The notes: generated from the sequence alone by a model not told the origin. Positions 1 to 14,203 are shown, numbered from the stretch's first letter. The stretch: 64,000 nucleotides of DNA from Eledone cirrhosa (GCA_964016885.1 OZ024749.1:7874001-7938000); one strand, 5' to 3'. Made by a program: numbers and translations.

Positions 1-357
1 GTTTATGTAGAGCGTATTTTCTGAATATCGAAAACCAGAGTATAGAGCACTCACCTCATTTCTTATTTAAGGTATCTTGCGTTCCTTGAAATCTGTAAAA
101 AATAAGGTATTCATTATTTCGTATGTTGCTTAAAGTGACTGACGGTGATAGATATGAAAAATGTCATATAACAGCTACCATTTCCCCATCCAAAATATAG
201 CCCTGCAGAAATATTGCCCTGCAAGACACTATCAAAGGTAAAAGTATCTTAACTCTTGATGAAGTCGTTGGGGTACCTTCCGAGACCCTGCATCCCTGGT
301 ACATTTAAAACCTTGCACAGCCTAACTCTCCCCTATTAAGTATATATATATATATAT

Positions 358-567
358 AACGAAGGAAATGTGGTAAGGAACCAGGTGGACCATAACGCAC
401 CAAAGTACTCAATACTTGGGGTAGTAGAGTGGGTAATAGGAACCAGTAAGACCCCGACGGCTGAGCTCAAGCCGTTTCGACGGCTAATTCTGGACCGAAT
501 TCTGGAGTCCAGAATTAGCCGTCGAAACGGCTTGAGCTCAGCCGTCGGGGTCTTACTGGTTCCTATA
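358..567 (-). mobile_element. TA-embedded short element, family A, with fold-back (putative non-autonomous Penelope-like remnant)
   Basis: Flanked by (TA)n. 437-495 is inverted at 506-566. The same sequence recurs at about 28059, 40587, 41508, 43109-43283 and 49286-49446. Confidence 0.7.
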
Positions 568-620
568 TATATATATATATATATACACAGAACGACATCT
601 ATTATGAAATTGATATTATA

Positions 621-690
621 GGGCGGTGGTTGGCAGTATCGGTGGAGCATCGGACACCTTGCTTTGTGGCATAGAGTTATGTACCTTTAT
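621..690 (+). mobile_element. SINE1 5' fragment (tRNA-derived head)
   Basis: Matches the head of full copies (ggcggtgg-tggcagtatcggt). Confidence 0.7.
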
Positions 691-770
691 GTTCATCATC
701 ATCAACATCATCGTCATTAATATGTGTTATTTTCATTGCGTGTTGTTGTCACTACATTACCTAATTGACA

Positions 771-997
771 AGGGTGCTGGTTTGGCAGAATCGGTAGAGC
801 GTCAGAAATTATTATTTTCGGCATATAGTTATGGCGCTTTACGTTCTGAGTTCAGACACTGGCGTGGTTAGCTTTGCTTTTCATCCTTACCAGGTCGATA
901 CAATAAAGCACCAGTGATGCACTGGAGTCTATTAAATCAAATCCACTTTATCCATACATTCCAATTCCTGGCATTGTTCCAAAAGTAGAAACAATTA
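771..997 (+). mobile_element. SINE1, tRNA-derived
   Basis: A-box-like tggcagaatcgg, B-box-like gagttca, central tttcatcctt..gtcgata..aaagcaccag, tail gtagaaacaattatt. Confidence 0.85.
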
Positions 998-1009
998 TTT
1001 TATATTAAT

Positions 1010-1195
1010 TATTTCTACGTTAGGCACAAGTCCAGCAAATACCCAGTGTATTACTGGTACTTTATTTTATCGACCCCGTAAGGATGAAAGGCAAAGCTAA
1101 CCACGGCGGGATTTGAACTCAGAATGGCAAGGGCCGTAACTCTATGCGTCAAAGCATGGCGTGCGACCCTCTACCAATACTGCCAATCCACCGCC
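1010..1195 (-). mobile_element. SINE1 with 16-bp TSD
   Basis: Full copy flanked by the direct repeat attattttatattaat at 994-1009 and 1196-1211. Confidence 0.9.
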
Positions 1196-1544
1196 ATTAT
1201 TTTATATTAATGTTTAATAATCTTCCATCACCTAAAAATCTATTTTTCCGCCCTCATTGTCACATATTTCTGACATATATCTGTAGCTCTCTTTCTCTCC
1301 TGGACAAATATCTTTAATTATAGTTATGGTTGTATGAGTAAATGATGCTGATGTTTTCATAAGATAAAAGAGCGAATAATTGTGAATATCCAGCTATTTC
1401 ATAGCTCGAGGATAACAGTAATGTAATTGTGTTAAAGAATTGTAGTTCAGCTAAAATAGCACCATTCATTCATCTTTTAATCCGCACCTTCGTATTTCTT
1501 CTTCGCTTTATAGTTCTGAGAAGAGCCTAGATTAATATATCGAC

Positions 1545-1763
1545 AGTCGATCGACTTTCGTCAAATCGGACCGAGGAAACACTGTTTCCATTGGTCATTC
1601 CAATTGCTAATACTCTCTATTGGTCGCAACTCCAGGTAGACGGAGCAACGTGAAATAAAGTGTCTTGCTCAAGGACATAACGCATCCCCTACTCCGGGAA
1701 ATCGAACTCACAACCTCACGATTGCGAATCTAATTCTCTAACCACGCAGCCACGTGCCTTCAC
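1545..1763 (-). mobile_element. SINE2, tRNA-derived (V-SINE-like body)
   Basis: Reverse complement of the 45332-45545 copy; B box gagttcgatt; gtccttgagcaagacact motif. Confidence 0.8.
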
Positions 1764-2014
1764 TTATATACAGAGATATATATATATAAAGTTTGGTATG
1801 ACCCTAAACGACATGCGACATGCGGTCTCGAATTGTGCGTACGAAAAGGCTTGCTGGACATACAAGCTGAAACTGCTTGGTTTCTCGGGCGGGATTATAT
1901 CTATCTCAACACACTCACCATCTCAACATTCATTGAGGATTCCCATAATATGTGGTCTCCTCAGTTTCAACGCCGCAGACTCAACCCCCTTTTTCTCTGT
2001 ATATATATATATAT

Positions 2015-2579
2015 GTCTACACAGAGGTATCCACTGTAAGTTGTGGGGTATATTCTGTATGAAGAACTCAATGTAATCCATATGTTGAAAATGTTGTAGG
2101 TTAAGATAAATCTCAGAAAACAATAAAACATTAAAAGGAAAACAGAGTCATGATATAAGTTAAAACAATGAAATAAAAAATCAAGTCATTAGAGATATAC
2201 TTCACTGCTTTACGATCGTTTCTAGATGGTGATAATACAGCTATTGATCTATGTAAGTTTACAAACTAGCGGACAGAGAGAATATTTACTTACATGCATA
2301 TCACCAGCTCTTTTCAAAAGCAATCTTGAAAACAGCTGGTGATATACATGTAAGTAAATATTCTCTCTACCTGATAGTTTGTAAACTTACATAGATCAAT
2401 AACTGAGTATAGATACAATGTATTATCACCATCTAGAAACGATCGTAAAGCAGTGAAGTATATCTCTAATGACTTGATTTTTTTATTTCATTGTTTTAAC
2501 TTATATGATGACTCTGTTTTCCTTTTAATGTTTTATTGTTTTCTGAGATTTATCTTAACCTACAACATTTTCAACATAT
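2015..2579. mobile_element. TA-embedded element, family H, with ~230-bp fold-back arms
   Basis: About 2081-2310 is inverted at 2333-2579. A related copy at 41663-41860 has its own short fold-back. Confidence 0.7.
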
Positions 2580-5500
2580 TCTGGTTTTATAATTTCACAA
2601 AGTTTTACCAATAGAGAGAGAGTCGGTTTCTAACATAGACACAAGACCATCTCATTGGAATTTACACAACATCAACTAGGTAGATATGTATGTATGCATT
2701 CATGTGTAGATATGGATGTTATTGTATGTGTGGATGTGGATGTTTTGAGTTGTATGTGTGCATGTGTATATGCTTTGTATCTGTACATGTGTATATGCAG
2801 TTATTAGATGCAACATTTTTGGAATGTTTTACATATTTTTACTGTTCCATTAATGGATTGTACTTGTAATTTCCTAACTAGTTGTGTTCTTTCTGTTCCT
2901 GTGAAGCCTAGCTTCTCAAGATTTGTATTGAGGCAGTTACTAACATATCCCAGTGCCCCAATAATCACAGGCATAAATCTGAAGGTGTAATCAGGGTGGA
3001 GTATCTGCAGATTTCTCATCAGTTCTGCATAAATATTCTCCTTTTCACTAATCTTTGATATTATATTGGCATCTGCTGGGCAGCTAATTTCCACTACTGT
3101 GCATGTTTTCTTCTCCCTGTCCCATATCATAATATCTGGTCTGTTATGCCTGCATTTTATTGGGGTTTTTACTGGAACATTCCACCAGTACTCTTTCATA
3201 TTATGTACATGGATGTCTTCCACATTGCTGTAGCTTTTAATGTGTTTATTATCGGGGCTATCTTTTTTACGAACTGCATTGTACAGTATTTTGGCCACTA
3301 CATCATGCCTCATAGGTAGATAGTACCGCGATGAAATCTTTGGACAGCTGCTAATGACATGGGTGATATCCTCGATGTTAGTTCTGCAGAGTCTGCACTT
3401 GTTATCACATCTAGGTGTTTTGCCTGCATCCCTATCTCTTTTGTGAATCAGGTAGTTCGTGCTAATCTCCTGTTCTTAGATTGCAAAAGCGTATCCTTCA
3501 AAGTGGGAGCCAATATAGCGGTTGTTGGTCCAAGATAGACTACTTTCCTTATCTATATTACTCTCACTCTGGGGCCTCCTGGCAACATATCCATGCATGA
3601 TTTTTTGCTGATAGGCATGCAGTTTTTCATCCATGGATTCACTGCGATACTGCTGAGCGACATCCCTGGGTGTGAGTTTTTGATTATCACACAGGGAATA
3701 TCTCTCAAGGAGTTCCTTACCAACTCTCATGATCTTATCTGTTTCATGCAGATAGACTAGCTCGAGAAGCGGGCTCCTACGCTTCGAAGTTCATAGATGT
3801 TGTCGGGGAGATATGATGCGACATTCAAATGTTGTCTGGACTGATGTTAGGCCTCTGCCTCCCTGCTTGCGTTTCAAGTAAAGGCGGTCTATGTCAATGT
3901 TGATGTGGAAGTTTCGGGTGTTGTTCAGTATTTTTCGAGTTCCAACATCAACTGCTCGGATTTCGCCTATCGTCCAATTGAGTATTCCAAACGTTGGTGT
4001 TAGGACAGGCACAGCAAACACATTGTGAGCCACTGTTTTGTTTTGCGCAGAGAGTTCCGATGACCAGATCTTTCTTAATCGGGTGTAGTATTCCCTGGTT
4101 ACGCGTTCTTCATTACAGATACCATTATAGGATATGTTCTCATCTATCCCCAGGTATCTGTAACAGTCCTTATCAGATATCGGTGAAACAGTTAGACCAT
4201 TGATGACAATGTTGCTAGATTGGGTTGTTGTTTTTCCCCGCTTTACAGTCATGTATGGGCATTTATCTTGGCCAAACTCCATTCCTATATCCTTTGAGAA
4301 CGTTGTAACCAGGTCAAGATTTTTCTTCATCCCATCCATGTTCTTGGCATAGAGTTTCAGATCGTCCACAAAGAAGTTATGGGTTAGGTTCGTATTTCTG
4401 TCCTCCTGTGAGCCAATGATGTATCCCTTACATTTCTTGTGCAGAAAAGACAAGGGGTTTAATGACAAGATGAACAATATCACAGAGAGACCGTCCTCCT
4501 GAAATATACCCCTGCAATATTTTATTTTATCAGTGAAAATAGAGTCCTCCCTCTCTGTCTTTAACCTTAGGATAGTAGCCCAAGAAGAAGACAGCCTCTC
4601 TATGGCTGTGACATAATGTCTGGGACTTTAGCAAGTTGGAGGGTCTCTATCATCCAAGAGTGGGGAACATAATCGAAAGCTTTCCTGTAGTCCAGCCAGA
4701 CTGTAGTCATATTCCTCCTAAGTTGTCGCACCTCCGACATCGCAGTTTTGTTGATTAGGAGTTGTTCAGCACATCCCCAAACCCTTTTCTTTCCAGCTCC
4801 TTGTTTATCTGTGATGATGTTATTATTTTCACAGTGATCTTGGAGGAATAGGTTCAGGCAGGCTGTATACATCTTATTCATCAGGTTCTGGCATGCAATG
4901 GGTCGGTAGTTTTTTGCCAAGTGGGTATCTTTGTTCTTGGGGACCAGTAACGTTTGTGCTAATGTCAACCATTCTAGTATAAGTGTATCTCCCTTAAGAA
5001 CTTGGTGGTAGAGGTCAGTAAGATACATCCGATAGAATATTAGTTTTTTGTACTAGTAGCCGACAATCATGTCTCTTCCTGGTGTTTTCTTATCTTGGAG
5101 TTTTCCTATCACTGTCTCAAGGGTACCCTCACTTATTTCCTATGTTTTTGTTGTAGTGTAGGAGCAATAGTTCTTTCGGATTTCTCTTAGCCACACTGCA
5201 TCTTGGTTGAAATTCTCCTTTTCACCCCATATTTTTCTCCAAAAGGAATCTTTTTAACACGTTTAGCAAGAGAGATATTTATATATGAGTTAATTTATCT
5301 CTGGAAGATTTCGTTGAGGGAAATTTTCAATTATTTATACTTTTGATTATCATTATCGATAGTATTTTCCACAACAGTCGAGGTAGACTCGGATGGTACA
5401 CGTGGTGTCACATTTATTCGATTATTATTATTATCGATAGTGTTTTCCCCAGCATTCGAGGTAGACTTAGATGGTACAGGTGGTGTCAAGTTTCTTACAG

Positions 5501-5690
5501 GCATAGTTGTTTCAAGGCGCTGTTCGACCTGGCTGCTAGGAAGTCTAGTAGCATGGCGACCTGTAGCACGTGTTGTTGATTCCATGTTTGTTGTGGGGGA
5601 CTTACAATTAATAATATTTATGTTATTTTAACGTTCAACAAACGTCGCTTGTTGGCGTAATTGTTTAAAACTCATAGCGAATGATCTTCA
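2580..5690 (-). pseudogene. Decayed R4/Dong-like non-LTR retrotransposon (RT, CCHC, restriction-like endonuclease)
   Basis: Fragments: NYRPIAC, WLDYRKAFDYVPHSW (4600-5028); FFVDDLKLY, RLYLKRKQGGRGL (3791-4483); RHD..., HNRPDI..VVEISCP..KENIY, PVIIGALG (2804-3313). Broken by stops and frameshifts. 5331-5585 may be the N-terminus after an internal deletion and contains a 78-bp duplication. Confidence 0.88.
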
Positions 5691-5780
5691 AAATATTTTA
5701 ATAAAACAGAGAGTATATTGCCAAATATACTATACATACATATTCATATATATGTGTGTGCGTGTGCGTGTGTGTGTGTG

Positions 5781-5899
5781 TCAGCGTCTGGGATGTAACT
5801 ATAGTTTCGTCTTTGGAAAGAGATATATTACCGATTGTAAGTAGAATTTTAAATATTTAGATTAATAGACAGAGAAATTGTTACATGAATGTATGTAAC
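5781..5899. repeat. ~120-bp dispersed repeat following (GT)n, second copy at ~7251-7360
   Basis: cagcgtctgggatgtaa...tttagatta.tagacagagaaat appears twice. Confidence 0.75.
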
Positions 5900-5921
5900 A
5901 GCAAAGAAAAATAGTACCATA

Positions 5922-6654
5922 CTAGCAGAATGGCCCGGCGTTGCTCGGGATTCTAAACATAGATTGTTTATCCCTCCTTTCTGAAACAGTACAGAGAAGT
6001 ACGGAATACCTCGGCCTCGGGACGGTGTCTACATTTTGTGCTTATAAAAAAAATTCGTCGTAGATTACCAGGGTTTTTTTCCGTGCGAAGAAAATCAATA
6101 CTTTATTGCGAAATAAGTACTTCGGTTTATATTTTGTTATTGTGTATGCAAAAATATCTGTACACGAATATATAATTATATATATATTTATATTAAAATA
6201 AAAGATTAAAGTTTAAGCAAAGAATCGCTGCTTTCACCCTTAACGGGATCTTCTGAAACTAAAAAAAATCAATCTGCGAACGCAGAAGTAAATATTTCTA
6301 AAAACGTTACACGCTATATATATACATATATACACACACACACATATAGCGTCATAATGTCGTAATGCAGACAGCCATACATACAGACAGATATTATAAG
6401 GGCGCAACGTTATATCTATGTATCTATCTAAAAAGAAAGACTAAGAATTATAGAGAGAGATCGCTAAATCGCCTAATGCGGTCCCTAGGGCACTGAAAAT
6501 TTGAAATATGTTTCGCTCAAAACACTCACAGGACCATTAGTATTATATGTGTAAAGTTTGAAAACAATCGGTTGGGTGGTTCTCGAGTTTTAGGGAGTCA
6601 GACACACATACAAGCAGGCAGACAGACAGCCATTCTCTGTTTTAGATATATAGA
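5922..6654 (-). mobile_element. Non-autonomous Helitron (733 bp)
   Basis: On the minus strand: 5' A|TC at 6654, 3' CTAG|T at 5922-5925, subterminal hairpin cccgagcaacgccggg about 12 nt from the 3' end, no TSD. Confidence 0.8.
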
Positions 6655-7037
6655 TAAACATATTTGCATATCTTAAACTTCTAAACGTAGAACAATTGTA
6701 AATCATTCTAAATTAGAGTGTAGTAGAATGTTTCCAGTTTCTCTGACAATTCCTCTGAGAACTGTTGACAGTCGTTACAAAACTGTTTCAAAATGTAAAT
6801 CTTCTTCCTTAGTTGAGAACTTAGAAGACTAAACCAGGAAAATTATGAAATATAGAAATAGAAAAATATATTTACTATATTTTCTGTCATAATTAAACAA
6901 GACAAGGACTTTATAAACTGATCTATGCGGGTTTATATATATATATATAGTGAAAAATTGAACGGGAACAAAACAGAGAGGCAGTACGAACAAAGGTTTA
7001 TTAGTTTCACGCTCTTGAGAGTGGGATGGTGGTGGGG

Positions 7038-7073
7038 AACGACCTTTCGGGCATAAGCCCTTCTTCAGGACAA
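7038..7073 (-). ncRNA. Minimal type I hammerhead ribozyme motif (Penelope-type)
   Basis: Minus strand: gtc CTGAAGA a gggc-ttat-gccc GAA aggt C gtt. Core and stem II are intact; stem I is weak. Lies in a TA-flanked segment at 6949-7152. Confidence 0.65.
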
Positions 7074-7206
7074 AAGTGTGTGGGAAGAGAGTTCCAATGG
7101 TGTGTAGGGGAGTGGGGAGAGACATTTAGAAAAAAGGGGTTGAGAGGAAACGGTATATATATATATAAATATGTGTGTGTGTGTGTGTGTGTGTGTTTCT
7201 GTATAT

Positions 7207-7249
<43 letters not shown>

Positions 7250-7449
7250 CCAGCGTCTGGGATGTAAATACAGTTTCGACTTTGGAAATAAATATATTAC
7301 GGATTGTAGGTAGAGTTTTAAATATTTAGATTAGTAGACAGAGAAATAGTTTCATGTATGTGTATGTATGTATATCTGTATGTGTAACGTCCATTCAAAT
7401 AGTACTTTTTTTCTTGTTGTTTTTCCCCAGTTGTTGACACAATACCTTT

Positions 7450-7745
7450 CTAAGAGAGGGAAACTCTGAAAACAACCTGCGGCTTAGGAAAGCATCCGAT
7501 GATGTTGACCAGTTCTCCTTTTTGTGTAGTATTTTCGATGCTCAGAGAGTGGGATTGGTCGAGGGCAAGGCCTTTCTCCACTTGAAAAACCTTCAAACAA
7601 CAGGTATTGCTTGTTCAGGATCTGTTACAGGTTCGTGCGTCTGGCCGGGATTGGTCGAGTGCAAGGCCTTTCTCCACTTGAAAAACCTTCAAACAACAGG
7701 TATTGCTTGTTCAGGATCTGTTACAGGTTCGTGCGTCTGGCCGTA
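7450..7745 (+). repeat. Interspersed repeat with internal 96-bp tandem duplication; related to ~60115-60300
   Basis: Unit starts at 7551 and 7647. aacctgcggct..ccgatgatgttga..gctcagagagtgggattgg is shared with ~60160-60245. Confidence 0.7.
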
Positions 7746-7849
7746 GCCTAAAAGTGCACCAAACTCCATAATCTGACAAGCGATTGCAATACTCTTAGCA
7801 GAGTTTGCAACCATCATGTATATATCTATGTATCTATTATAAAAGATAT

Positions 7850-8285
7850 GTTTCTTTTATTTGCCACCAGGGCATCAAAAGTGGGACAAGTACAATGGGG
7901 GGAGTTTACAAAACAAGGCGTCCTCAATAAGGAGGAGGCAATAACAATATATAAAAATAAAATAAAATATAACAAAAAATAAAATTTATAACACCATAGG
8001 AGCTCGCTTCTTCCAAAGGAATTGGAAGAGTGCGCGCTCCATTTTGGCGAGCGTTTCCCTTGGGCAAGGCACAACGGTCAGGCGGTAGTAGATGACGGAC
8101 GCTATATAAGTGTTCGCCACCTCCGCCCGACCTTTCAGGGACAGTTTGCACTCGGCCCACTTCTGGGTCAGTGCAAACACCCTGTTCGTCACCTCACCCC
8201 AGTTCTTCTCCACCTGGAGGTCTGGTCCGAACCAGACCCCGAGCAACTTCACCGGGCCCTCCGTCCAGCGCCCGACGACGCCATC
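7850..8285 (-). pseudogene. L1/Tx1-like LINE fragment (post-RT segment joined to a 3' end)
   Basis: KLLGVWFGPDLQVEKNW..LSLKGRAEVAN is nearly identical to 31777-32091; tail gccctggtggcaaataaaagaaac near 7850. Confidence 0.8.
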
Positions 8286-8356
8286 TATTATAAAAGATAG
8301 ATGGACAGATTATTTATGAATAATAAGATAGGTTGAGGGTCATACATTTATATATA

Positions 8357-8640
8357 AGCAGAGGTCATATTTAATTTGTTGGGATTCAACAAGCTTAAAC
8401 ATTTTTATAACTGATATAAAGCACTCAACAGCTTAGTGGAGTAAATATAGAATATATTAATAAATGGAAACTATATTTATAAAACCATAATTATTTTATT
8501 ATATATATTTCAAGGGCGACCAAGGTAAATTATGGTGCGCTTTCATCAGATGAAATACAGATTTGTTTTATAAATAAATATTGACATACCTGGAAAAAAA
8601 GACAACCTCAACGGTTGAAATTCGCTGAATAGGGGAGATA
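8357..8640 (-). mobile_element. TA-associated element, family B (hammerhead-bearing)
   Basis: Near-identical to 18789-19040; carries the hammerhead at 8492-8557. Confidence 0.75.
8492..8557 (-). ncRNA. Type I hammerhead ribozyme, family B copy
   Basis: tatttcat CTGATGA aagcgcacca..tggtcgccctt GAA atatatat A ataaaata; one mismatch each in stems I and II. Confidence 0.7.
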
Positions 8641-8719
8641 ATCGAGGGTGAGTTGGCAAATAAGTGTCGGAAAAATTGAAAAAAACAACGGTTTATTTAA
8701 ATTAAACTGTTGGAAGAAA

Positions 8720-10172
8720 ATAGATGTAATAGGGAGAGAGACAAGATAGAGGTAAAAAGGGGAGAGACAAGATAGATGTAAAAAGGGGAGAGACAAGATA
8801 GATGTAAAAAGGGGAGAGAGACAAGAAAGATGTAAAAAGGGGAGAGACAAGATAGATGTAAAGAGGGGAGAGAGACAAGATAGATGTAAAAAGGGGAGAG
8901 ACAAGATAGATGTAAAAAGGGGAGAGACAAGATAGATGTAAAAAGGGGAGAGAGACAAGATAGATGTAAAAAGGGGAGAGACAAGATAGATGTAAAAAGG
9001 GGAGAGACAAGATAGATGTAAAAGGGGGAGAGACAAGATAGATGTAAAAAGGGGAGAGACAAGATAGATGTAAAAAGGGGAGAGACAAGATAGATGTAAA
9101 AAGGGGAGAGACAAGATAGATGTAAAAAGGGGAGAGAGACAAGATAGATGTAAAAAGGGGAGAGAGACAAGATAGATGTAAAAAGGGGAGAGACAAGATA
9201 GATGTAAAAGGGGGAGAGACAAGATAGATGTAAAAAGGGGAGAGACAAGATAGATGTAAAAAGGGGAGAGAGACAAGATAGATGTAAAAAGGGGAGAGAC
9301 AAGATAGATGTAAAAAGGGGAGAGACAAGATAGATGTAAAAGTGGGAGAGAGACAAGATAGATGTAAAAAGGGGAGAGACAAGATAGATGTAATAGGGAG
9401 AGACAAGATAGATGTAAAAAGGGGAGAGACAAGATAGATGTAAAAAGGGGAGAGAGACAAGATAGATGTAAAAAGGGGAGAGAGACAAGATAGATGTAAA
9501 AAGGGGAGAGAGACAAGATAGATGTAAAAAGGGGAGAGACAAGATAGATGTAAAAAGGGGAGAGACAAGATAGATGTAAAAAGGGGAGAGACAAGATAGA
9601 TGTAAAAAGGGGGGAGAGACACGATATATGTAAAAAGGGGAGAGAGACAAGATAGATGTAAAAAGGGGAGAGACAAGATAGATGTAAAAAGGGGAGAGAG
9701 ACAAGATAGATGTAAAAAGGGGAGAGACAAGATAGATGTAAAAAGGGGAGAGAGACAAGATAGATGTAGAAAGGGGAGAGACAAGATAGATGTAAAAAGG
9801 GGAGAGACAAGATAGATGTAAAAGGGAGAGAGACAAGATAGATGTAATAGGGAGAGAGACAAGATAGATGTAAAAAGGGGAGAGAGACAAGATAGATGTA
9901 AAAAGGGGAGAGACAAGATAGATGTAAAAAGGGGAGAGAGACAAGATAGATGTAAAAAGGGGAGAGACAAGATAGATGTAAAAAGGGGAGAGAGACAAGA
10001 TAGATGTAGAAAGGGGAGAGACAAGATAGATGTAAAAAGGGGAGAGACAAGATAGATGTAAAAAGGGGAGAGAGACAAGATAGATGTAAAAAGGAGAGAG
10101 AGACAACATAGATGTAGAAAGGGGAGAGACAAGATAGATGTAAAAAGGGGAGAGACAAGATAGATGTAAAAA
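8720..10172 (+). repeat. Minisatellite, 26/28-bp unit ggggagag(ag)acaagatagatgtaaaaa
   Basis: Roughly 55 tandem units, purine-rich on the plus strand. Confidence 0.97.
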
Positions 10173-10173
10173 G

Positions 10174-11050
10174 ATGTGGTGGTGGCGGTGGTGGTGGTGG
10201 TGGTGTGAGTGGTGGTGGTGCGGGTGGTGGTGTGGGTGGTGGTGTGGGTGGTGTGGGTGGTGGTGGTGCGGGTGGTGGTGTGGGTGGTGGTGTGGGTGGT
10301 GGTGGTGTGGGTGGTGGTGGTGGTGGTGTGGGTGGTGGTTTGGGTGGTGGTGGTGTGGTGGTAGAGGTGGTAGAGGTGGTGTTGGTGGTGTTGGTGGTAG
10401 AGGTGGTGTTGGTGGTGCTGGCGGTGTCGGTGTTGTTAGCGATGGTGGTGGTAGTGGTGGTAGAGGTGGTGTTGGCGGTGGTGTGGGTGTTGGTGGTGGT
10501 GGTGATGGTAGATGTGGTGTTGGTCGTGGTCATGGTGGTGCTAGTGGTGTTGGTGTCGGTGTTGTTAGCGGTGGCGGTGATGGTGGTGGTGGTGGTGATG
10601 GTAGAGGTGGTGTTGGTGGTGGTGTTGGTGGTTGTAGGGGCGGTGTTGGTGGTGGTAGAGGTGGTGTTCGTGGTGGTGTTGGTGGCGCGTGGGGGGTGTA
10701 GTGCTGGAGATGGTGTTGGTAGAGGTGGTGTTGGTGGTGGTGGTGATGGTGATGGCGATAGTGAGCTGGTGGTGGTGATGGTGGTAGTGGGCTGGTGGTG
10801 GTGATGGCGGTAGTGTGGTGGTGGTGGTGATGGTGGTAGTGGGCTGGTGGTGTTGATGGTGATGGCGGTAGTGGGCTGGTGGTGGTGATGGCGGTAGTGG
10901 GCTGGTGGTGTTGATGCTGATGGTGTGGTGATTATGGTGATGATGTTGATTATGATTGAGAAATATGATGATTGGGATAATGATCATGATGATGATGATG
11001 GTGATGATAATGATGATGATGATGGTAACTATGATGTTGATGATGATTGA
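10174..11050 (+). repeat. (GGT)n grading into (GAT)n low-complexity tract
   Basis: Direct inspection. Confidence 0.95.
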
Positions 11051-11206
11051 GATGAAAGAGAGGATGACATTGGTGATTTAGACGCCATATACAATAACAC
11101 ACATATCTTAGATCTTTCAAAATGGCCGAGTTTGTGTCAACAGGTTGTCTCTATTATTATATAGGTAGAGACTGTTAGTCTGACAAGAAATTTTACTTCA
11201 ATTACG

Positions 11207-11209
11207 TGT

Positions 11210-11302
<93 letters not shown>

Positions 11303-11392
11303 TGTGTGTGTATGTGTGTGTGTGCGTGTATGCGTGTGTGTGTAGTTGTGCATGTATTTATATATTTATATATATATATATATATATATACT
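11207..11392 (+). repeat. (GT)n then (TA)n microsatellite
   Basis: Direct inspection. Confidence 0.95.
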
Positions 11393-11612
11393 ATTAATAA
11401 TGAGTTCAAACCACAGGCAGTCCTTTACAATGAAATAGCTCAAAGAAAAAAGTATTTCCGAGCCGTGTAATACAAGTTAATATAAATTAATATATTTGAT
11501 AAACACAAATACCAACATATCCGTGTTTGTATTGTAAACGACTAAAGTTAGCTAGATTGAAAAATACTAATTATAATAATACAGTTTGCCTGTCTCGATT
11601 TATATATATATA

Positions 11613-11644
<32 letters not shown>

Positions 11645-11682
11645 ATATATATATATATATAATATATATATATATATAATAT

Positions 11683-11714
<32 letters not shown>

Positions 11715-11748
11715 ATATATATATATATAATATATATATATATAATAT

Positions 11749-11905
<157 letters not shown>

Positions 11906-11915
11906 TATATATAAT

Positions 11916-12005
<90 letters not shown>

Positions 12006-12318
12006 ATATATATATATATAATATATAGTATATATATATTATATATATATAATATATATATATATATAATATATATATATATTATATAATATATATATAT
12101 ATATATTATATATATATATATAATATATATATATATATAATATATATATATATATAATATATATATAATATATAATATATATATAATATATAATATATAT
12201 ATATATATATATATAATATATATATATAATATATATATATATATATAATATATATAATATATATATATAATATATATAATATATATATATATATATAATA
12301 TATATATATATAATATAT

Positions 12319-12503
12319 GTAGGAGGTGAGTTTTATTGTAGTACAATAAAGCAATGCAGATATCGGATAAGAAGCACTCTACAGTTTGTGGGACTGGAGT
12401 ATGCATAATATAAGATCAAAAGATGGTTAAAGGAGTTCCATATATTTTATTATGCGCATAATAAAATATGGAACTCCTTTAACCATCTTTTGATCTTATA
12501 TTC
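12319..12503 (-). mobile_element. TA-embedded element, family C, with fold-back; duplicate at 15427-15611
   Basis: Palindrome centred on tgcgca (12455/12456 and 15563/15564); copies are 3108 bp apart. Confidence 0.75.
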
Positions 12504-12560
12504 TATATATAATATATATATATAATATATATATATATAATATTTATATATAATATATAT

Positions 12561-12617
<57 letters not shown>

Positions 12618-12630
12618 ATATATATATATA

Positions 12631-12671
<41 letters not shown>

Positions 12672-13182
12672 TATATATATATAATATATATATATATATA
12701 ATATATATATATATATATAATATATAATATATATATATAATATATATATAATATATATAATATATATATATATAATATATATATATATAATATATATATA
12801 ATATATATATATAATATATAATATATATATATATATAATATATAATATATGTATAATATAATATATATATAATATAATATATATATAATATAATATATAT
12901 ATAATATAATATATAATATATATATATATATAATATATAGATATATAATATATATATATATATATAATATATATATATATAATATATATATATATATAAT
13001 ATATATATAATATATATATATATAATATATATATATATATATAATATATATATAATATATATATATATATAATATATATATATATAATATATATATATAT
13101 ATAATATATATATAATATATATATATATAATATATATATATATATAATATATATATATATATATAATATATATAATATATAT

Positions 13183-13215
<33 letters not shown>

Positions 13216-13289
13216 ATATATATAATATATATATATATATATATAATATATATAATATATATATAATATATATAATATATATATAATAT

Positions 13290-13321
<32 letters not shown>

Positions 13322-13399
13322 ATATATATATAATATATATATATATATAATATATATAATATATATAATATATAATATAATATATATAATATATATATA

Positions 13400-13431
<32 letters not shown>

Positions 13432-13479
13432 ATATATATAATATATATAATATATATATAATATATATAATATATATAT

Positions 13480-13514
<35 letters not shown>

Positions 13515-13580
13515 ATATATATAATATATATAATATAAATATATATATATATATAATATATATAATATATATATATATAT

Positions 13581-13661
<81 letters not shown>

Positions 13662-13709
13662 ATATAATATATATATAATATATATATAATATATATATAT
13701 AATATATAT

Positions 13710-13743
<34 letters not shown>

Positions 13744-13784
13744 ATATATATATAATATATATATATAATATATATAATATATAT

Positions 13785-13827
<43 letters not shown>

Positions 13828-13890
13828 TATATATATAATATATATATATATATATAATATATATATATATATAATATATATATATATATA

Positions 13891-13935
<45 letters not shown>

Positions 13936-14039
13936 TAATATATATATATATATATAATATATAATATATATATAATATATATAATATATATATAATATAT
14001 ATAATATTTATATATATATATAATATATATATATATATA

Positions 14040-14098
<59 letters not shown>

Positions 14099-14101
14099 AA
14101 T

Positions 14102-14136
<35 letters not shown>

Positions 14137-14152
14137 ATATATATATATAAAT

Positions 14153-14187
<35 letters not shown>

Positions 14188-14203
14188 ATATATATATATA
14201 AAT

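Noticed and set aside
2400-2465. Hammerhead in family H (ctgagta..tagat/atcta GAA acgatcgt A)
   Set aside because: G8 is mutated and no stem I forms; at most a relic.
8608-10987. Long ORFs of 641, 476 and 470 aa
   Set aside because: They are translations of the 26-bp minisatellite and (GGT)n tract.
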